Source of the DNA: Takakia lepidozioides
Lineage: Eukaryota > Plantae > Bryophyta
DNA: 64,000 bases
Assembly: GCA_030704615.1 (NCBI GenBank)
Contig: CM060734.1
Location: 57,598,001 to 57,662,000, forward strand
Direction of reading: 5' to 3'
This document shows, one piece after another, positions 59,848 to 64,000 of the stretch. The notes under the pieces are model-generated. The model worked only from the letters and a program-made list of their open reading frames with translations. It made no database searches and was not told the DNA's origin. Within the stretch, counting starts at the first letter, position 1. The number at the start of each line of letters is the position of its first letter. A program made the position numbers and the translations under genes.

Positions 59848-60230
59848 CTCTACCCTTTTTCGCAAAACCTGCTCGACTGTACTCTCTCTCTCTCTCTCTT
59901 CCCCACCACACCACCTCTTTTTGTGGTCTCTCTCCCTCTCTCTCTTCACTAGTTTCTCTAATAAGCCAATCGCTCGCTAATAACTCGTAAGTTAGCTTAC
60001 AAAACAAGTGCTGCTGTATTCACCGCTTGTGCGCTGCGCAACTGCCACTCCTCCACAAATGCACTAATGCCAAGTGACAGTCTTGTAACCCTATTTTCCA
60101 AGCCTTATTTCGCAAACTAAATTTGTGGATTTTCCATGTGACAATGCCCTCCACATTCAGATTTTGTGTTGCTCTCTCAAAATTTGAGACCAGTGTTGTG
60201 TGGGTATGTAGGTATGTAGTTTTAGACATA

Positions 60231-60618
60231 CAGTCGACCCTGCTTTAATGTTAGGCCTCTAGAGTATGAATTTTCTAACAGATAGCCAGGTATCACATAT
60301 AACTGGAAAGCAGGGCGAATTTTCATAAGTCAACATTTACAAGAGGCACAGTAAACCAGGTCATGCCAATGAAAGATAACATTTATTCATTGAGTAGGTT
60401 GAAAATATGAGAGAATATCGATTTGTTGACAAGTAGAATGCCTAACTTAGCTAAAATCACTTCCTTCTAGATTGCTAAGAACTTCACAAGACAAGCACTA
60501 GTTTCCCCACTTAATACTCTTGAAATGGTTTCTAGTATATTTTTGTGCAGAGTCTAAAAACCATAACATTTAGAGTGAAATAACACATAAGCAGGTAACA
60601 GTAAAACAGGGTTGATTG
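60231..60618. mobile_element. Tc1/mariner-pogo-like MITE
   Basis: TA|CAGTCGACCCTGCTTTA ... TAAAACAGGGTTGATTG|TA; imperfect TIRs with TA TSD. Confidence 0.7.
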
Positions 60619-60699
60619 TACCTGGTAATATGTTATGGTAAAAATGTATATCCTCCGCGTCAAGGTAATTTACTAATTTTTATATTTTAATTTTTAATT

Positions 60700-60850
60700 T
60701 TTAATTTACTATTTTATTGTTTTTATTGTTTTTATAGGAAACCTGGGGCGACAGCCCACAATTCAGGCCCTTGAGGAGGGGGGAAAATAACCCCCTTTCG
60801 TTTATGGGGCGACATATTGTGCACTTCCCAGCTGAGCTACCAGCCGATGT
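60700..60850 (-). mobile_element. Short tRNA-derived SINE
   Basis: Minus-strand A box TAGCTCAGCTGG, degenerate B box GGTTATTTTCCC, and an end of CCAGGTTTCCT plus (ATAAAAAC)n. Confidence 0.55.
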
Positions 60851-62094
60851 GCTTTTGATATATCTTACCCCCGTCCACAAAGGTTATTTTTTCGAATCCC
60901 TATGTAGCTTACTATATATCCACCCTTTTTAATTCCTGGACCATCCTCTAATGGACAGGGCCACGCAAACTTGGGGGGCTTATTTCCTATATGCTTACTT
61001 TACCCCAAAACTTCCACTCAAGGAAACGAGAATCCCTACCCTTCGCGCAACAATGGAGAATCGCACCACGGCTGCATACAAATCCTTCTGATGACTGTGC
61101 CCTCACAGCCAAAGGAGGAGCAGCTATGCTTCCCTTCCTCTCATTATTCACATAAATTATCCCTTGGTTGGTGTAATTTTATTGATATTAACTGAACCAA
61201 CATGAAGGACCAAAAGCTTCGTTTTTGGGATGTTGGACGGTTTCAAGAGAAAGAGAAAAAGACCTCACTTTTCTTGAAGGGGATTTCAGGAGAGTTTTTC
61301 GGCTTGTTTGAGATTGGCAGCTCAAGTAGTTACTGAGAGCGCTGGGAGTCACACCGATAGGGACCTGCTTCAGTGGACACTAGCAGTATCGCTTATTTTT
61401 GCATGAAACAATGCTCGGTTGTTCATACATGCTCCCAAATCTGGTCTCCAACTGTAGCAATTGTGTTCTGAAGTGGGTGCACTCTGTCCCCCAACCTTGA
61501 ACTCCAACATGCACAAAGTTCAAACCGATGTTATAGTGTGAGGGAGTCAAGCCGAACAATCAATAACAACGTACCCATTTCCTTACAATTGCTATATGAA
61601 CTTTCAAGCAGCCACCATGGGATTGGATCTTGGTGGGTTAAGGCTAGTTTTTGACAATATTCATGCAAGTTCGTCAAGGGCTCCATCCAAAGCCGCACCA
61701 CAAGAAACAAACAAACATGTCCAAATGTAAGATGCTGAACAAACTTGTGCACAGGGCTGGCCCTCTCATCAAGCTCATTGAAATTCGCATTCACTTCCAT
61801 CTGCAAGCTTTGGAGAAGCTCCACCACCCAAACCCAGAACTAGGACAGCACTCTGATTTCCATCCACTGTCACCAGAATCCGTAAAATATCACCCCTTCA
61901 GTCAAGTGCAATTATGGGCTGACTTCCCACCTATGCCGGGTAGACCCCACTATCATTTCCCGTGGATATGCCACAGGAAATGCACTCAACAGTACATCAT
62001 GGTCAATACTCTCAGGAAATGGTGGATGATCTGAGTAACTACACATATCAATGAATGAAGCAAGAAACTCGCATCTTTCCAAGAAAACATCCTT

Positions 62095-64000
62095 TCACCA
62101 GTAATCCCCACAAGAACAAATCCCATCTTCAAAGTGGTGAAAGCGGTTAGCGTCCCGTAAAACAATTGCTCGGCCAACAATCTTTGAGATGAATTTGGTG
62201 GAGGTGTGGCAGTCACCACACACTCGAAGATTCTTAATCAGACGGAGAGGCGTCCTAGGGGTCGTGCTGATCAGCCCAAAACCAATGGCCAGCTTCTCAC
62301 TGTGGTGGCAAAGAGAAATTTCCTTTTCCTCCTCCCCGACATCATGCAATACAAAGCGCGTGTCAGGCACATACCCCGCCTCCTTCATCTGCCCAGACAA
62401 TCTTCTCAGCTCAGCATGGATTTCCTTAATTCTGGGATGCAACTTGTCATCTCCAACGAAGGTGTGCACCCTGTTGCCAACCTCAATGCAGCAGCGACCT
62501 GGCTCCTTTCTAACCCCTCTGACCTTCATCATTCTTCTCACCTTTGCAGTATCATCCCACCTGCCAGCTGCAGCATAGATGTTTGACAGCAACACATAAG
62601 TCGCCGCATCCTGTTCATCCCACTTGAGGATAGATGTTGCCGCACGTTCAGCAATCTCCACATTGCCATGGATTCTGCAGGCACCAAGCAAGGCCTTCCA
62701 CACCACAACATCTGGATTGATTGGCATCTTATTGATCAGATCCACTGCCTCATCCAGTTGTCCCGCACGTCCAAGAAGGTCCACCATACAGCCAAAGTGC
62801 TTTACTGTTGGAGTGACACCATGATCTTGACTCAGGGAATCAAAGTAGCGTCTTCCTTCATTCAGAAGGCCAGTGTGGCTGCATGCAGAGAGAACACATA
62901 TAAAGGTGACACTGTCCGGCTTCAGACCGTTCTTTTGCATTCCTTCAAATAGTTGCAGGACATCCCTATGACAACCATGCTGTGCATATCCTGCAATCAT
63001 CGCACTCCACGACACGAAATCTCGTTCAGCCATACTGCCGAACACTCCCTTCGCATCCTCCATGCATCCACATTTGGCATACATGTCCACCAGGGCATTG
63101 TTCAGAATGACATCGGGTACAATTCCAGCTCTGACGATGTCACCATGGACCTCTTTGCCCTTTTCCAGAGCTGCCAGGCTTGCACACGCATTGCAAATGC
63201 ACACAAACGTGATGTGGTTGGGCTTCACCCCTTCCCCCATCATTGTCTCATAGGTCTCCAAAGCCTCTGCCCCGCGTCCCTGCTGTGCATACCCTGCAAT
63301 CATCGCGTTCCACGACACCACATTTCGTTCAGCCATATTGTTGAACACTGCCTTCGCATCCTTAATGCACCCACATTTGGCATACATGTCCACAAGGGCA
63401 GTGTTCAGAAAGACATTTGGTACAATTCCAGCTTTGACGATGTCACCATGGACCTCTTTACCCTTTTCCAGGGCTCCCAGGCTTGCACACGCATTGCAAA
63501 CACAAACAAACGTGATCTGGTTGGGCTTCACCCCTTCGCGCGTCATTTGCTCATAGGTCTCCAAAGCATTCGTACCACACCCATGCTTGGTAAATCCTGC
63601 CAACATTATATTCCACGTGATCAAAGATCGTTCAGGCATTCTGTTGAACACTTGGTGAGCATCCATGATGCTCCCGCACTTAACATACATGTTGACAAGG
63701 GTGTTCAGTAGGAAAACATTTGGCGTGAATCCACTTTGGATAATGTGAGTGTGCACCTGCTTTCCAGCTTCCAGGCCTTTCATCTTGATGCACTTATGCA
63801 AGAGACAGACATACGTATCTGAATCTGCTGAAGTGCCTCCTTGGTTTAAAGTCTGTAGAGCCTCTTTCAGTCTGCCTGCCTCACAAAGCATCTTCACATG
63901 CCCAGAAGTGCCAGAAGAGGCATTGTGGACTCCCTCTTTTGATCCTCTTCCAGAAGCTGTGGTCATGGTTGAGGTGCCTGATTTTATCAACTGTGCCGCT
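62095..64000 (-). CDS. PLS-class PPR-DYW RNA-editing factor, intact; the 5' end may lie beyond the window
   Basis: P-L-S triplets, RKEPGRCCIEV, HSEKLA, CGDCH and CSCGDYW. The frame stays open to the window edge. Confidence 0.93.
   Translation of the reverse strand, partial: AAQLIKSGTSTMTTASGRGSKEGVHNASSGTSGHVKMLCEAGRLKEALQTLNQGGTSADSDTYVCLLHKCIKMKGLEAGKQVHTHIIQSGFTPNVFLLNTLVNMYVKCGSIMDAHQVFNRMPERSLITWNIMLAGFTKHGCGTNALETYEQMTREGVKPNQITFVCVCNACASLGALEKGKEVHGDIVKAGIVPNVFLNTALVDMYAKCGCIKDAKAVFNNMAERNVVSWNAMIAGYAQQGRGAEALETYETMMGEGVKPNHITFVCICNACASLAALEKGKEVHGDIVRAGIVPDVILNNALVDMYAKCGCMEDAKGVFGSMAERDFVSWSAMIAGYAQHGCHRDVLQLFEGMQKNGLKPDSVTFICVLSACSHTGLLNEGRRYFDSLSQDHGVTPTVKHFGCMVDLLGRAGQLDEAVDLINKMPINPDVVVWKALLGACRIHGNVEIAERAATSILKWDEQDAATYVLLSNIYAAAGRWDDTAKVRRMMKVRGVRKEPGRCCIEVGNRVHTFVGDDKLHPRIKEIHAELRRLSGQMKEAGYVPDTRFVLHDVGEEEKEISLCHHSEKLAIGFGLISTTPRTPLRLIKNLRVCGDCHTSTKFISKIVGRAIVLRDANRFHHFEDGICSCGDYW

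Noticed and set aside
62189-63711. Antisense ORFs over PPR genes (also at 14035-14906 and 22333-24855)
   Set aside because: They are shadows of the repetitive PPR coding strand.

Overview
Eukaryotic nuclear DNA from a land plant, most likely a non-seed lineage with heavy organellar RNA editing. This is inferred from five intronless PLS-class PPR genes and a 5S-derived sequence that looks bryophyte-like. Host genes: TOM6 (missed by the ORF track), peroxisomal malate dehydrogenase, an NPG1/NPGR-family TPR gene head-to-head with RAD9, two tandem pterin-4a-carbinolamine dehydratase (PCD)-like genes, and a candidate mitochondrial microprotein. Of the five PPR genes, two have intact DYW/EYW deaminase domains and three are damaged. 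Pseudogenes: SWP73/BAF60 and TTLL12. Mobile elements: a truncated Ty3/gypsy, two TSD-flanked copies of one LINE family, tRNA-derived SINEs, Tourist- and pogo-like MITEs, a long foldback element, a TTAA-flanked piggyBac-like element, and an unclassified ~540-bp repeat pair. The most novel observation is at 25318-25484 (minus): a near full-length 5S rRNA head fused to a 53-nt tail that is 48/53 identical to the 3' end of the LINE family in the same window. This is a candidate 5S-derived SINE (SINE3-type) with its partner LINE in a plant. All calls come from reading the sequence by eye; no database searches were run.
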